From contig CAZBBK010000020.1 in NCBI GenBank assembly GCA_964490075.1, positions 1 through 64,000 of the forward strand: a DNA stretch of 64,000 nucleotides, given 5' to 3'. This DNA comes from an uncultured Gemmatimonadota bacterium. Its GTDB lineage: Bacteria; GCA-2686955. Made by a program: the position numbers and the translations under genes. The notes beneath the pieces were generated by a model, which did not search any database, was not told the origin of the DNA, and worked only from the letters and a program-made list of their open reading frames with translations. This document shows, in pieces, positions 19,438-29,262 of this stretch (position 1 is its first letter; the number at the start of each line of letters is the position of its first letter).

Positions 19438-19574
19438 GCTGGTAACCTAACCCTCCGGCGTCGGAGCGCCGCCGAGCGCAAGCTCTCGTCGTCACGACGC
19501 CGAGGACCAGCGAAGCTCTGGTCCTTCGGAAACACGAGACGGATCGGTCCGCGCCGATCGCAGGAGGGATCAAG

Positions 19575-21776
19575 ATGGGATTCAGGAGCTCTGCCGCCGC
19601 CCTTCTGGCGGCTGCCCTCGTCATCACTTCATCCGCGCCGGCGGCGGTTCGATTCGAACGTCCGGTGTTGGTTCCGAACGCCACCCTCGGCCACGAAGCC
19701 CACGAGCAGGGCGCATCCCTCGCTCTGCCGCCCCTCGATTCGCTGATGGTGGTGCAGCACGGAGTCGACCGTGGCGCCGGTTTCAGCGCCCCCACCGACT
19801 ACCCGCCGGAGCGGCACGTGATTTACGCGCCCTCCGAGGACAGCTACTTCGCCTTCTACGAGTGGAATTCCCTCAACGACTACATGGTGACCGGGCGCTA
19901 CTGGCAAGAGGTCGGCGGCATCGGCTACTGGTCGTTCGAAGGTACGGTCTCCGAGCGTTTCACGCACGCCGACGCGGGCCGTCCCAGCGCCCACGAGCTC
20001 GAGGGCGGCGTGATGGTCGCCTATCACGCATCCTCGGACGTCATCGTCTACAACTTGTGGATCAACCGCTTCGATTCCCGCACTGAGACCTGGGGGACGA
20101 GCGTGCAGATCACCGATCATGCCGTTGGCAACACCTTCCCTTTTCTCGATCGTGCCTCCGACGGAACCTGGATGATCGTGTCCCAAGAGGGCTGGGAACC
20201 GGCCGACATCGTGGTCAACGTCTCCGATGACGAGGGCGCGACCTGGATCCAATACACCGTCGCCACCGGCGTCGAGAATATGTGGTGTCTGCCGAGCGGC
20301 GCAGCCGACCCCGAGAACGGCGATCTTTATGTCGCTTACAACGACGACATCGACCACGACCAAGACCTGGAAGTGATGCTGCACCGGTCGACCGACGGCG
20401 GTGCGACCTGGAGCGCGGCGCAGCTGATCGCCAAAGGGGCGCCCTTCAGCCAGAAGGTCGAGCCTTCGCTGGTCGTGGACCGCGATCATCGCGTGCACTT
20501 GGTGTACCAGGCGAACCTCTCGGAAGACGCCGCGGGCGGACTCGCCGGCCTCACCGCCATCGGGATGGCCGGCCCGCCCTACCACACCTACGGGGCCTTC
20601 GTCGGCGGGACCTGGATCGAAGAGGCGACCATCCCGATCATGGATCGGGACGAGCTGGTCGCCTTGCCCGATAGCTGTGGGTTGAATCCGAACCTCTTGA
20701 ATCTGGCCACCGATACCTTGACCGGCATGCCGCAGCTCGGGATCCACCGCGGAGAGAGCTCCGATCGGCTCTACGTCGGATACAACTCGTCGTACATGTC
20801 GACCTACGATCAGTACGCCGGGGGTTGGGAGATCTGCGGCCCCGCCTTCCAGTCCTGGATGCAGAGCAACGATCTGGGCGGCACCGAGGGTTGGTCGGAG
20901 CGCGAGATGATCTCCGCCATCTCCCAGGCGGACGCCGACGCCGGCAAGAACACCATCTACCTGCACACCACCCACGAAGTGCCGGCGGCCGGCCCCGGTT
21001 TCCTCTGGTCGGAGATGTTCGAGTCGCAGCAGCCCTCCGACGTGATGTTCGTGCGCCAGCCGCTGGCGACGACCCCGCTGGCGCTCGAATTTGGCTCACC
21101 CGATCCCGACATCGCCCCCGGCGAGGCGCTCTCGGTCGACTACTCGATCCGCAACGAAGGCGACGAGACGATCGCTTTCGAGCTCTGGTGCGATCTGCTG
21201 CCCGAAGGGGGCCTGCCGTACGCCGGCAACCCCCTCTATGGGCCCAACACGCTCTCCCTGGAGCCCGGGGAGGAGCGCGCGGGACAGGTCCTCTCGCGGC
21301 TGCCGAGCGACGTGCTGCCCGGCGCGCACCAGCTCTGTCTGCGCGCCGGGGAGTTCCCCGTCGAACCCTCGAACGACGCCTGTTTCACCTTCACCATCAC
21401 CTCGCCGCTGGCGCTCTCGCTGGAAGCGAGGAATCCGGTCGTCCCGCGCGGCGCTGCGCTCGAGCTCGACTACCAGGTCGAGAACGGATCCGATGCCGCC
21501 GCCCACTTCGAGCTGTGGGCCGACGGCTTCGACTGCGCCGGAGTCCCCGATCCGGACAATCCTCTCCTCGGCCCGGTGCCGGTGGTGCTTTCAGGTGGCG
21601 CCCGAATCTCCGGCGGTGACTCCTATGCCATCCCGGTGGACGCCGAGCTGGGCGGACCCTACCGAATCTGCCTGCGCGCCGGCGGTCATCCCCATCCGAC
21701 CTTCGGGGAGGATTGCGCGGAGTACTACGTGATCCCCGCCGCCGCTCCGGACCACGCCCTGCTGCTCGATCCCTAG
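19575..21776 (+). CDS. Secreted protein with Asp-box (BNR) repeats and two tandem C-terminal Ig-like domains
   Basis: Signal peptide; SDDEGATW and STDGGATW; duplicated ~105-aa C-terminal unit (FELW...NPL.GP...CLRAG). Confidence 0.8.
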   Translation: MGFRSSAAALLAAALVITSSAPAAVRFERPVLVPNATLGHEAHEQGASLALPPLDSLMVVQHGVDRGAGFSAPTDYPPERHVIYAPSEDSYFAFYEWNSLNDYMVTGRYWQEVGGIGYWSFEGTVSERFTHADAGRPSAHELEGGVMVAYHASSDVIVYNLWINRFDSRTETWGTSVQITDHAVGNTFPFLDRASDGTWMIVSQEGWEPADIVVNVSDDEGATWIQYTVATGVENMWCLPSGAADPENGDLYVAYNDDIDHDQDLEVMLHRSTDGGATWSAAQLIAKGAPFSQKVEPSLVVDRDHRVHLVYQANLSEDAAGGLAGLTAIGMAGPPYHTYGAFVGGTWIEEATIPIMDRDELVALPDSCGLNPNLLNLATDTLTGMPQLGIHRGESSDRLYVGYNSSYMSTYDQYAGGWEICGPAFQSWMQSNDLGGTEGWSEREMISAISQADADAGKNTIYLHTTHEVPAAGPGFLWSEMFESQQPSDVMFVRQPLATTPLALEFGSPDPDIAPGEALSVDYSIRNEGDETIAFELWCDLLPEGGLPYAGNPLYGPNTLSLEPGEERAGQVLSRLPSDVLPGAHQLCLRAGEFPVEPSNDACFTFTITSPLALSLEARNPVVPRGAALELDYQVENGSDAAAHFELWADGFDCAGVPDPDNPLLGPVPVVLSGGARISGGDSYAIPVDAELGGPYRICLRAGGHPHPTFGEDCAEYYVIPAAAPDHALLLDP

Positions 21777-21779
21777 CGC

Positions 21780-22223
21780 TCAGAAGAAGCGCACTGCCTC
21801 CAGCGACAGCTCCTCCGCGGCGCCGGCCATGACGGCGTCGGCCGTGGCGATGAGCTCGGCCGCGGCGTCGCGCGCCACGGCCAGGTGCAGTGCGTCCAGT
21901 ATGCGCAGTGGGTGCCGAGGCAATGTGGCGATCAGGCCGGCCGCTGCCTGCAAGGAATCGTCGTCCACACTTCTGCGGAGCAGATGCCCTCGGCGCATGT
22001 CCTCCTCGAAAGTCGCGAAGACGAGGGCCTCGTGCGCGGCATCGATCTCTTTAATACGTCGCCGCCGGCTCAGCAGGCACCGCAGCTCCACCACCGTGAG
22101 CGTGCTGATCACCAGCGGGGCACGGGAGGCGATGAAGCGCTCGACCTGGTCTGAAAAGGGCTCGTTCAGATACCACTTGGCGAGGGCGCTGGTGTCCAGG
22201 TAGACCAGGCGCCTATCTCCCAT
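21780..22223 (-). CDS. vapC: VapC/PIN-domain toxin
   Basis: VYLDTSALAK; LDALHLAVA; LIATAD. Confidence 0.9.
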   Translation of the reverse strand: MGDRRLVYLDTSALAKWYLNEPFSDQVERFIASRAPLVISTLTVVELRCLLSRRRRIKEIDAAHEALVFATFEEDMRRGHLLRRSVDDDSLQAAAGLIATLPRHPLRILDALHLAVARDAAAELIATADAVMAGAAEELSLEAVRFF

Positions 22224-22440
22224 CGCGGTCTTCGCGGATCAGTTGCTCGCTCGGCGTTGGACTCGCGGGACCCGCCGCACGCAGCCCGCGGTGGGAGGGC
22301 ACTGCTCGGGGAGCGCGAATCGGGAGCAGGCGCGCGATCGGCTCGCCGCGGCGGGTGATGGTCAGCTCATGCTCCCGCGCCAGCAGCTCCTCGATCCTGG
22401 GCAGCTGCTCCCGGGCCTCGCGAATGGACAGCTCTCCCAT
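22213..22440 (-). CDS. Phd/YefM-type antitoxin
   Basis: LSIREAREQL...TITRRGEPIARLLP...LIREDRD; overlaps the vapC start. Confidence 0.85.
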   Translation of the reverse strand: MGELSIREAREQLPRIEELLAREHELTITRRGEPIARLLPIRAPRAVPSHRGLRAAGPASPTPSEQLIREDRDGR

Positions 22441-22490
22441 GGTGGTGTCAATATGGCACTTTGTGTGACACGTGACAAGAGGGGCCGCCC

Positions 22491-23228
22491 TTACTTCTCT
22501 GAGGCCGCACCCCGAGCCGGCCAGGCCTTCTCCGCCCACTCCAGCTCCTCGGGCGAGTTCACGTCCATCCAGAACGCCCCGTGCTCCCAGTGCCGCACCC
22601 GCAGCCCGGCGCGCACCGCGCACCGGACCAGGTCCGGCAGGCCGGCCGCCCGGCCGGGCTCGAGCAGCCCTCGCAGGGCGGGCTCCATCAGCAACATGCC
22701 GCTGCAGATCAGGTAGCGCTTCTCCGGCTTCTCGCGGTAGTCGATCACCCGGCCATCGTCCGCCACCACCAGCTCTCCCAGGCGCAGCCGATGGGTCTCG
22801 TGGTGGCTGGCCAGCGTCAGGTCGGCTCCACCTTCCGAGTGGACTCGAATGAAATCGGCGAAATCGATGTCGGTCAACAGATCGCCATTGACCCAGAGCA
22901 GCGGATCCTGGCCCGAGTCCAGCGCGCTGAGGGCCCCGATCGTGCCCAGTGGATCGGTCTCGTGGTGGAAGTCGAGGCGCAGATCGGAGGGCAGATCGCT
23001 CAGGGCGCCCAGGTGGCGTTCGATCTGCCCGCCCAGGTGACCCACCACCACCGTGATCCTGCGCATGCCGCCGGCGGCCAGGGCGCGCAGCATGCGCTCC
23101 ACCAGCGGCACGCCCGCCACCGGGATCAGCGGTTTGGGCAGCGTATCGGTGCGCGGGCGCAGGCGCAGTCCGCGTCCACCGGCCTGGATCACCGCTCGCC
23201 GGCATGGAAGTGATCGTCGTGCGCTCAT
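22491..23228 (-). CDS. Sugar-phosphate nucleotidyltransferase
   Basis: AGGRGLRLRPRTDTLPKPLIPVAG; PLGTIGAL; NGDLLTD; EKP; WMDVNSP. Confidence 0.92.
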   Translation of the reverse strand: MSARRSLPCRRAVIQAGGRGLRLRPRTDTLPKPLIPVAGVPLVERMLRALAAGGMRRITVVVGHLGGQIERHLGALSDLPSDLRLDFHHETDPLGTIGALSALDSGQDPLLWVNGDLLTDIDFADFIRVHSEGGADLTLASHHETHRLRLGELVVADDGRVIDYREKPEKRYLICSGMLLMEPALRGLLEPGRAAGLPDLVRCAVRAGLRVRHWEHGAFWMDVNSPEELEWAEKAWPARGAASEK

Positions 23229-23407
23229 GAGCGAAGCGTGCCTCGGCTGTACGGGCTCCCCCGAACGAGACTATACTGGCAGCGGCGGCATGACACGACG
23301 CCCCAGCAATGCCTCGCGGCTCGCGTTCGCAATCCGGGTCGCGCGCACGCGAGCAAGCAACGAAGCGTCGAACGAGAAACATGGTCCAGGGCGGTCGAGA
23401 GTTCAGA

Positions 23408-24577
23408 ATGAAGGCGCGGGTGGCGATCGACTACCCGAACCGGATCGAGCGCGGCAGCCTGCGACGCTTCGGCGAGCTGCTGGATCGGTGGGTCGCCGCC
23501 GAGCGACCGCTGGTCGTGGTCTCCGACGAGACGGTGGCCGAGCTGCACTGGGAGACCCTGCGCGCGGCGCTCTGGAATGTGGGGCGCCGCAAAGTGCCGC
23601 TGGTGACCCTGCCCCCCGGCGAGAAGTCGAAGTGCCGCGAGACGGTCGACCGTCTGATCGATTCCTTCCTCGGCCTCGGCGTGCACCGGCGCAGCGTGGT
23701 GGTGGCCTTCGGCGGCGGCGTGATCTGCGACACCGTCGGCTATACCGCCGCTACCTATATGCGCGGGATCGACTACGTGAACGCGCCGACCACCTTGATC
23801 GGCCAGGTCGACGCCGGAATCGGCGGCAAGGTCGGCGTCAATCACAGCCGCTCGAAGAACTTCATCGGCGCCTTTCATCATCCGCTGGCGGTGCTGATCG
23901 ACCCCGACCTGCTGGCGACCCTCGACCGCGCCGAGATGCGCAACGGGCTGGCCGAGGCGATCAAGGTGGCGGTGATCGACAGCGCCGCGCTCTTCGAGCT
24001 GCTGGAGGCGCGTGGCCGCGTGCTGCTCGATGCCTGTGCCGATCGCCGCGCCTTCGACCAGCTGATCGAGAAGGCGGTGCGGATCAAGCTGAAGCTCCTG
24101 CACCGCGATCCCTTCGAGGACGATCTGCGCCGCGTGCTCAACTTCGGCCATACCTTCGCCCATCCGCTGGAGGTGAACGGCGGATTCGAGGAGCTGCGGC
24201 ACGGCTACGCGGTCGCCATCGGCATGGCGGTATCGGCGCGCGTGGCGGCCCGCCGCGGCTGCGCGGACCCCGATGTCCTCCCGCGTTTGATCGCGCTGCT
24301 GCAAACGCTGGGACTGCCGACCGGGCGCCGGGCGGGCGACGCGGCCGAGATCTGGGCCCACGCCGACGTGGTGCGGCGGATTCGCGGCGACAATCTGCAC
24401 TTCGTGCTCCCCCACGCGATCGGCAGCACGCGGATCATCGACGATCTGACCATGGAGGAGTTCGCCGAGGCGCTGGCGGCGGGGCCGCCAAGCAACGGTC
24501 GTGCCGCGGCCGCCGAGGGTGAGGTCACGCGCGGGGAAGCGGCCGGCGCCGGGGGGGACCATGCGGCTGGGGCTTAA
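23408..24577 (+). CDS. Sugar-phosphate cyclase (DHQS superfamily, non-canonical; cyclitol synthase candidate)
   Basis: GGGVICDTVG; YMRGI; PTTLIGQVDAGIGGKVGVN; KNFIGAFHHP; GLAEAIK; LNFGHTFAHPLE; HGYAVAIGM; the C-terminal DKK motif of AroB is absent. An alternative start exists at 23381. Confidence 0.9.
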   Translation: MKARVAIDYPNRIERGSLRRFGELLDRWVAAERPLVVVSDETVAELHWETLRAALWNVGRRKVPLVTLPPGEKSKCRETVDRLIDSFLGLGVHRRSVVVAFGGGVICDTVGYTAATYMRGIDYVNAPTTLIGQVDAGIGGKVGVNHSRSKNFIGAFHHPLAVLIDPDLLATLDRAEMRNGLAEAIKVAVIDSAALFELLEARGRVLLDACADRRAFDQLIEKAVRIKLKLLHRDPFEDDLRRVLNFGHTFAHPLEVNGGFEELRHGYAVAIGMAVSARVAARRGCADPDVLPRLIALLQTLGLPTGRRAGDAAEIWAHADVVRRIRGDNLHFVLPHAIGSTRIIDDLTMEEFAEALAAGPPSNGRAAAAEGEVTRGEAAGAGGDHAAGA

Positions 24578-25520
24578 CCTGGCGGTGTTCGGCGACCGTC
24601 CGCTGGAGGAGGCCCTCGATCGAAGCCGCGAGCTCGGCATCGAATCGGTGGAGCTGAACTGCGAGAGCGGCGATCGGCTGACCCCCGCGGCCTGGCTCCT
24701 GGAACCGGCCAACGCGGCGCGCCTGCGTGCCGAGCTAAGGGCCAGAGACCTGCGCTTGAGCGCCCTCGGCAACCATGCCGAGAGCCAGCTGATTGGCGGT
24801 CCGCATCACCGCGATACCGACCCCTGGTGCCCGGGCGATGCCGCCGCGAAAGCCGCCTTCGGCCGCGCCCGGCTGCTCGACACCGCCCGCGCCGCCGCCG
24901 AGCTCGAGGTCGACACGGTGGTCGGCTTCACCGGCTGCGCCGACTGGTCGCGCTTCTTCCCCTGGCCCGATCCCGAAGGCTGGGAGCGCATGCTGCCGGC
25001 CTTCGTCGAGACCTGGAGCGAGATCCTCGAGGAGCTCACCCGCCTGGGCGTGCGCTTCGCCCACGAGCCGCATCCCAAGCAGCTCGCCTACGATCTGGAG
25101 ACCTCAGAGCGCGTCACCGAGGCACTCCACCGACATCCGGCCTGGGGATTCAACCTCGACACCGCCAACCTGGCGCTGACCGGGGCCGACCCCGCGGCCT
25201 TCGTGCAAGCCCTGGGGAGACGGATCTTCCACGTCCACGCCAAGGACTTCGAAGAGGTGCCGCACAACCTGGCGCGCTCGGGGCGGATGGCGCACGGCAG
25301 CTGGGGGCGCGCCGACCGCGGAGTGCGTTTCCGGGTGCCGGGTTGGGGGGACGTGGCCTGGCGGCGGGTGATCAGCGAGCTGCGGCTGGCCGGCTACCGC
25401 GGCGTGCTCTCGATCGAGCACGAGGATCCGACCATGGGCCGCGACGAGGGGGTGGCGCAGGCGGCGCGCTTTCTGGCGCCCTTGCTGCTGCGCGACGAGC
25501 TCGAGGAGCGCTGGTGGTGA
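24561..25520 (+). CDS. Sugar phosphate isomerase/epimerase (xylose-isomerase-like TIM barrel)
   Basis: FAHEPHP; GFNLDTAN; IFHVHAKD; PGWGDVAW; VLSIEHED. Confidence 0.9.
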   Translation: MRLGLNLAVFGDRPLEEALDRSRELGIESVELNCESGDRLTPAAWLLEPANAARLRAELRARDLRLSALGNHAESQLIGGPHHRDTDPWCPGDAAAKAAFGRARLLDTARAAAELEVDTVVGFTGCADWSRFFPWPDPEGWERMLPAFVETWSEILEELTRLGVRFAHEPHPKQLAYDLETSERVTEALHRHPAWGFNLDTANLALTGADPAAFVQALGRRIFHVHAKDFEEVPHNLARSGRMAHGSWGRADRGVRFRVPGWGDVAWRRVISELRLAGYRGVLSIEHEDPTMGRDEGVAQAARFLAPLLLRDELEERWW

Positions 25521-26056
25521 GAGAACGCGGAAGCGTGCTGGTGGTGCTCCCGCCCGCCCTCGACCCGCTGGCGGGGACCGCGGCCGGCTCGGGGCTGCGG
25601 GAGCGCGGCCTGAGCCTGGCCGACGCCGCGCTGCGCGCCCTCGAGGCGGCGGGGTGGCGGCCGTTGCTGCTCGACGCGGAGACCGAGCTGACCACGATCG
25701 GCGACTTGCCGGCCATCGTGCCGGAGGGGGTCGACCAGGCTTGCGTGCTGCCCCTCGGCGACCGGCGCGTGCGCGACGCGCTGCGCGAGCGCCTGAATGA
25801 GCTCGGGATCGTGCTGCGCGAGCCGCCCCAGGAGGCGCTGGGCGGGGCCGAGGAGTCGGAGTCGGAGAGGGGTTGGGACTCGGAGGGGCGGCTCGCGGCG
25901 CGAGTCGCGGCCGCCTCCCTGCGGCGGCCCGATTCCGCCCTCGATCTGCACGGCGCCGCGCTCGAAATAGCCGCTGGTGGCAATGGGCTGGTCGACGTGT
26001 TTCTCGAGCACTCGATCACCTGGACGCATGCCGCCATGTTCCGGAACTTGCGGTGA
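25517..26056 (+). CDS. Hypothetical protein
   Basis: 179-aa ORF translationally coupled (GTGA overlaps) to both neighbours. Confidence 0.65.
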   Translation: MRERGSVLVVLPPALDPLAGTAAGSGLRERGLSLADAALRALEAAGWRPLLLDAETELTTIGDLPAIVPEGVDQACVLPLGDRRVRDALRERLNELGIVLREPPQEALGGAEESESERGWDSEGRLAARVAAASLRRPDSALDLHGAALEIAAGGNGLVDVFLEHSITWTHAAMFRNLR

Positions 26057-27225
26057 GGGGGGAGGCCGCCGCGCGCGCGGCTCTGGTGCTGCTGCCCTCG
26101 CCGCCGGCCGCCGATCTGCTGCCGGGGGCCGCGCGACGCCGGGCGCTCGCGGCTGCTAGGACCGAAGCCGCCGCGCGAGCGATGGAGGCGGCCGGGGAAG
26201 GACCGGTGCTGTGGATCGACGTCCTTTCCGAGGGACTCGACCTGGCCGTGCTGCTGGAGCGCCTGCGCGGGCTCGACCTGGTGCGCATCGGTCCCGGCGG
26301 CGATGCCTGCGCCCCCTATGCCGCGGCCTTGGCGCAGGCGCTCGAGGGACGCGGCCGTCCCGCGCCCCGCTCCTGGCCCGACGCCTGTCCCCGGCCGCCG
26401 CTCCCGCTTCTCGGGCCGGCCCGCATCGACGACGCCCTGCGCGAGCTGCGGCGCGTCGATCCGCCCCGCGCCCGGCGCCTGATTCGCGCCGCGGAGCTCG
26501 CCGCCACCGGCAACGACCCGCGTCTCGACGCCTTCCTGGGGCGCCGGATCGAGGTCGATCCCCCGAGCCCCCCGGCCGCCGCCGCCGAGCCGGACGGCCC
26601 GCGCCACCTGGTGGTCGAGGGGATCGACGGCTCCGGGAAGTCGACCCAGGCGGCGGCGATCCGCGCCTGGTTGGAGCGCCGGGGGATCCGCGCCGAGGTG
26701 CACAAGGCCTGCCGCAGCGGACGCTTCTACGAGCGCATCACCTCGATCATGAAGCACGCCGAGCCGACCGGCGAGCGCGGCTTCTGGCGCTGGTGCCGTC
26801 AGGCCAAGGCGCTCGATACCGTGCGCGTGATCGACGATCTGAGCCGCTCCGCCGCGGCCCGCGGGGTCGAGGTGCTGATCTGGGATCGCCACCGCGCCAC
26901 CCACCTCGCCGCGTCGCTGGCGCGCTTCGAGTACGACCCCTGGGTGCGCGAGATCTGCGCCTCGCTGCCGCCGCCGGCGGCCGGCTTCCTGCTCGACATC
27001 GAGGTCGATCGCAGCCTGGCGCGGGTGGGGAGGCGCGACACGCCGCCGACCCTCGACGAGCAGCCTTTCACTCTCGACCGCTATCGCCGGGCCTTCCTGC
27101 GCGTCGCGCGGCGCGAGGGGCTCGCGGTGATCGATGCCGATCGCCCCGAGGCCGAGGTGCGCCGGGAGATCCTGACGCACCTGGAGCCGCTCTTCACCGC
27201 CGCCGGCACGGGAGAGACACGATGA
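26053..27225 (+). CDS. Unknown N-terminal domain fused to a thymidylate-kinase-like P-loop kinase
   Basis: HLVVEGIDGSGKSTQ; LIWDRH; FLLDIEV; VIDADRP in the C-terminal ~210 aa. Confidence 0.8.
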   Translation: MRGEAAARAALVLLPSPPAADLLPGAARRRALAAARTEAAARAMEAAGEGPVLWIDVLSEGLDLAVLLERLRGLDLVRIGPGGDACAPYAAALAQALEGRGRPAPRSWPDACPRPPLPLLGPARIDDALRELRRVDPPRARRLIRAAELAATGNDPRLDAFLGRRIEVDPPSPPAAAAEPDGPRHLVVEGIDGSGKSTQAAAIRAWLERRGIRAEVHKACRSGRFYERITSIMKHAEPTGERGFWRWCRQAKALDTVRVIDDLSRSAAARGVEVLIWDRHRATHLAASLARFEYDPWVREICASLPPPAAGFLLDIEVDRSLARVGRRDTPPTLDEQPFTLDRYRRAFLRVARREGLAVIDADRPEAEVRREILTHLEPLFTAAGTGETR

Positions 27226-27674
27226 GCGTGCCCCGTGACGCAGCGCTGGCGATCACCGGCGGGCTCTGCGGCGAGTTGCACACCGCATCGGGAGAGGAGC
27301 TGGTGGTGGCGGCTCCGGGCAGCGCGGCCGAGCAGCGCCTCAGGGGCCTGGTCGACCTCTTGCCCCTCGCCGACTGGTGCGCGCTGCTGGTCGACGAGCT
27401 GCACGAAGCCCTCGACGCGGCGCCGGACGCCGCCGGCGGCGCCCGGGTCTGGATGCCGCTCTGGCCGGCCGCGCTGCTGGCCGCCGCCGGCCTGCCCGAC
27501 GCCGATCCGGTGCTGCGCATCCTGCGCAGCGGCGGTCTGCGTTGGATCGCCGGCCCCGACCGGGTCGAGCAGGGCGAGGGTCTCGCCGGCTGGCTCCGCG
27601 CCCGGCCCGAGCTGCTGCGCCGCTACCGGGCGGCGGTGGCGGAGCTCGACGCAGGGGGCGGCGAAGTCCCATGA
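27222..27674 (+). CDS. Hypothetical protein
   Basis: 150-aa ORF with ATGA overlaps at both ends; GGAGAG RBS. Confidence 0.65.
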   Translation: MSVPRDAALAITGGLCGELHTASGEELVVAAPGSAAEQRLRGLVDLLPLADWCALLVDELHEALDAAPDAAGGARVWMPLWPAALLAAAGLPDADPVLRILRSGGLRWIAGPDRVEQGEGLAGWLRARPELLRRYRAAVAELDAGGGEVP

Positions 27675-28132
27675 CGCACCACCACCCACCGCCCCTGGGA
27701 CCGGGCTGGCGCCGCCCCGAGCGCGAGACCTCGGGCGCCTTCTTGCGGCGCGCCGACGGGCGCTACCTGTTGACGCTCCGCCCCGCGGACAAGCCGACCT
27801 ACCCCGGCTGCTGGGACACCCCCGGAGGCCACGTCGAGCCCGGCGAGCATCCCGACCAGACCCTGCTGCGCGAGCTGGCCGAGGAGCTGGGGATCGAGGT
27901 GCGCCGCTACTACTTGATCGCCACCCTCGACGATCTCGAAGCCCGCAGCGGCCTGCGCTACCGGCACCATGTCTACCTGGTCACCGAGTGGCGCGGCGAA
28001 ATCGACCAGGTCCTCGAGAGCGACGAGGAGCGCTGGCTCGACAGCGCCGAGATGGAGCGGCTCACCGAGATCAACCCGCTGACACTGGCGGCGGCGCGCA
28101 CCCTGGCCTTGTACGAAGGGCGGCTTCGATGA
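27671..28132 (+). CDS. NUDIX hydrolase
   Basis: Nudix box GGHVEPGEHPDQTLLRELAEELG. Confidence 0.92.
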   Translation: MTHHHPPPLGPGWRRPERETSGAFLRRADGRYLLTLRPADKPTYPGCWDTPGGHVEPGEHPDQTLLRELAEELGIEVRRYYLIATLDDLEARSGLRYRHHVYLVTEWRGEIDQVLESDEERWLDSAEMERLTEINPLTLAAARTLALYEGRLR

Positions 28133-29262
28133 GCACCGGCGCCGAGAAGATCCCCTCGAAGGACGTCAAGCTGCAGAATCGGCTCTTGGCCGACGAGCTG
28201 GAGCAGGCCTTTCGCCGCGTCGCCTTCGATGACGCGCCGGTGCTGGGGCGCGAGCTGCGGCTCTTCGAGGAGGAATTCGCCGCCTGGCTCGGGGTGCAGC
28301 ATTGCGCCGGCGTGGCCAACGGCACCGATGCGCTGATCATCGCCCTGCGGGCGCTGGGGATCGGCCCGGGCGACGAGGTGCTGGTCCCCTCCAACACCTA
28401 TGCCGCCACCGTTCTGGCGGTGGTCGAGGTGGGGGCGCGCCCGGTCCTCGTCGAGCCGCGCGAGGCCGACCACAACATCGACCCGGCCGCCGCCGCGGCG
28501 GCGATCGGCCCGCGCACCCGTGCGATCCTGCCGGTTCATCTCTACGGACTGCCCGCCGAGATCGACGCCCTGGCGGCCTGCGCGCGCAGCGCCGATCTGG
28601 CCCTGATCGAGGACGCCGCGCAGGCCCACGGCGCGGCGCTGAAGGGAGTGCGCTGCGGCGCGCTCGGCACCATCGGCTGCTTCTCCTTCCATCCCTCCAA
28701 GAACCTGGCGGCGATCGGCGACGCCGGCGCGCTCGTCACCTCCGACCCGCGCCTGGCCGAGCGGGTGCGGCGCCTGCGCGACTTCGGCAAGTCGTCCAAG
28801 TACCGGTGGGCCGAGCCGGGCTACAACTCGAAGATGAACACCCTGCAGGCCGCCTTCCTGCGCGTCAAGCTGGCCCATGTCGAGCGCTGGAACGTCCGCC
28901 GCCGAGAGCTGGCGACGCGCTACCAGGAGGGCCTCTCCGACACCGGCCTGATCCTCCCGCCGGCGCCGGGGCCGGAGTGCGAGCCCTGCTGGCATCTCTA
29001 CGTGGTGCGTCCGCCCGGCGGCCGCCGCGACGCGCTGCAGGCGGCGCTCGCCGAGCGCAACATCCGCTGCGGCATCCACTACCCGGTCCCGCCCCATCTG
29101 CAACCGGCCTTCGCGGCGCAGGGCTGGCGGCGCGGACAGTTCCCGGTGGCGGAGCGGCTGGCCGCCGAGGTGCTGACCCTGCCGCTCTACCCGGAGCTGA
29201 GCGACGCGCAGCAGGAGCGGGTGATAGAGACGCTGCGGGAGGTGCTGCGTGCGGCTCTTTGA
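28129..29262 (+). CDS. DegT/DnrJ/EryC1/StrS family PLP aminotransferase
   Basis: NGTDAL; PVHLYG; IEDAAQAHG; SFHPSKNL; GYNSKM. Confidence 0.95.
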   Translation: MSTGAEKIPSKDVKLQNRLLADELEQAFRRVAFDDAPVLGRELRLFEEEFAAWLGVQHCAGVANGTDALIIALRALGIGPGDEVLVPSNTYAATVLAVVEVGARPVLVEPREADHNIDPAAAAAAIGPRTRAILPVHLYGLPAEIDALAACARSADLALIEDAAQAHGAALKGVRCGALGTIGCFSFHPSKNLAAIGDAGALVTSDPRLAERVRRLRDFGKSSKYRWAEPGYNSKMNTLQAAFLRVKLAHVERWNVRRRELATRYQEGLSDTGLILPPAPGPECEPCWHLYVVRPPGGRRDALQAALAERNIRCGIHYPVPPHLQPAFAAQGWRRGQFPVAERLAAEVLTLPLYPELSDAQQERVIETLREVLRAAL

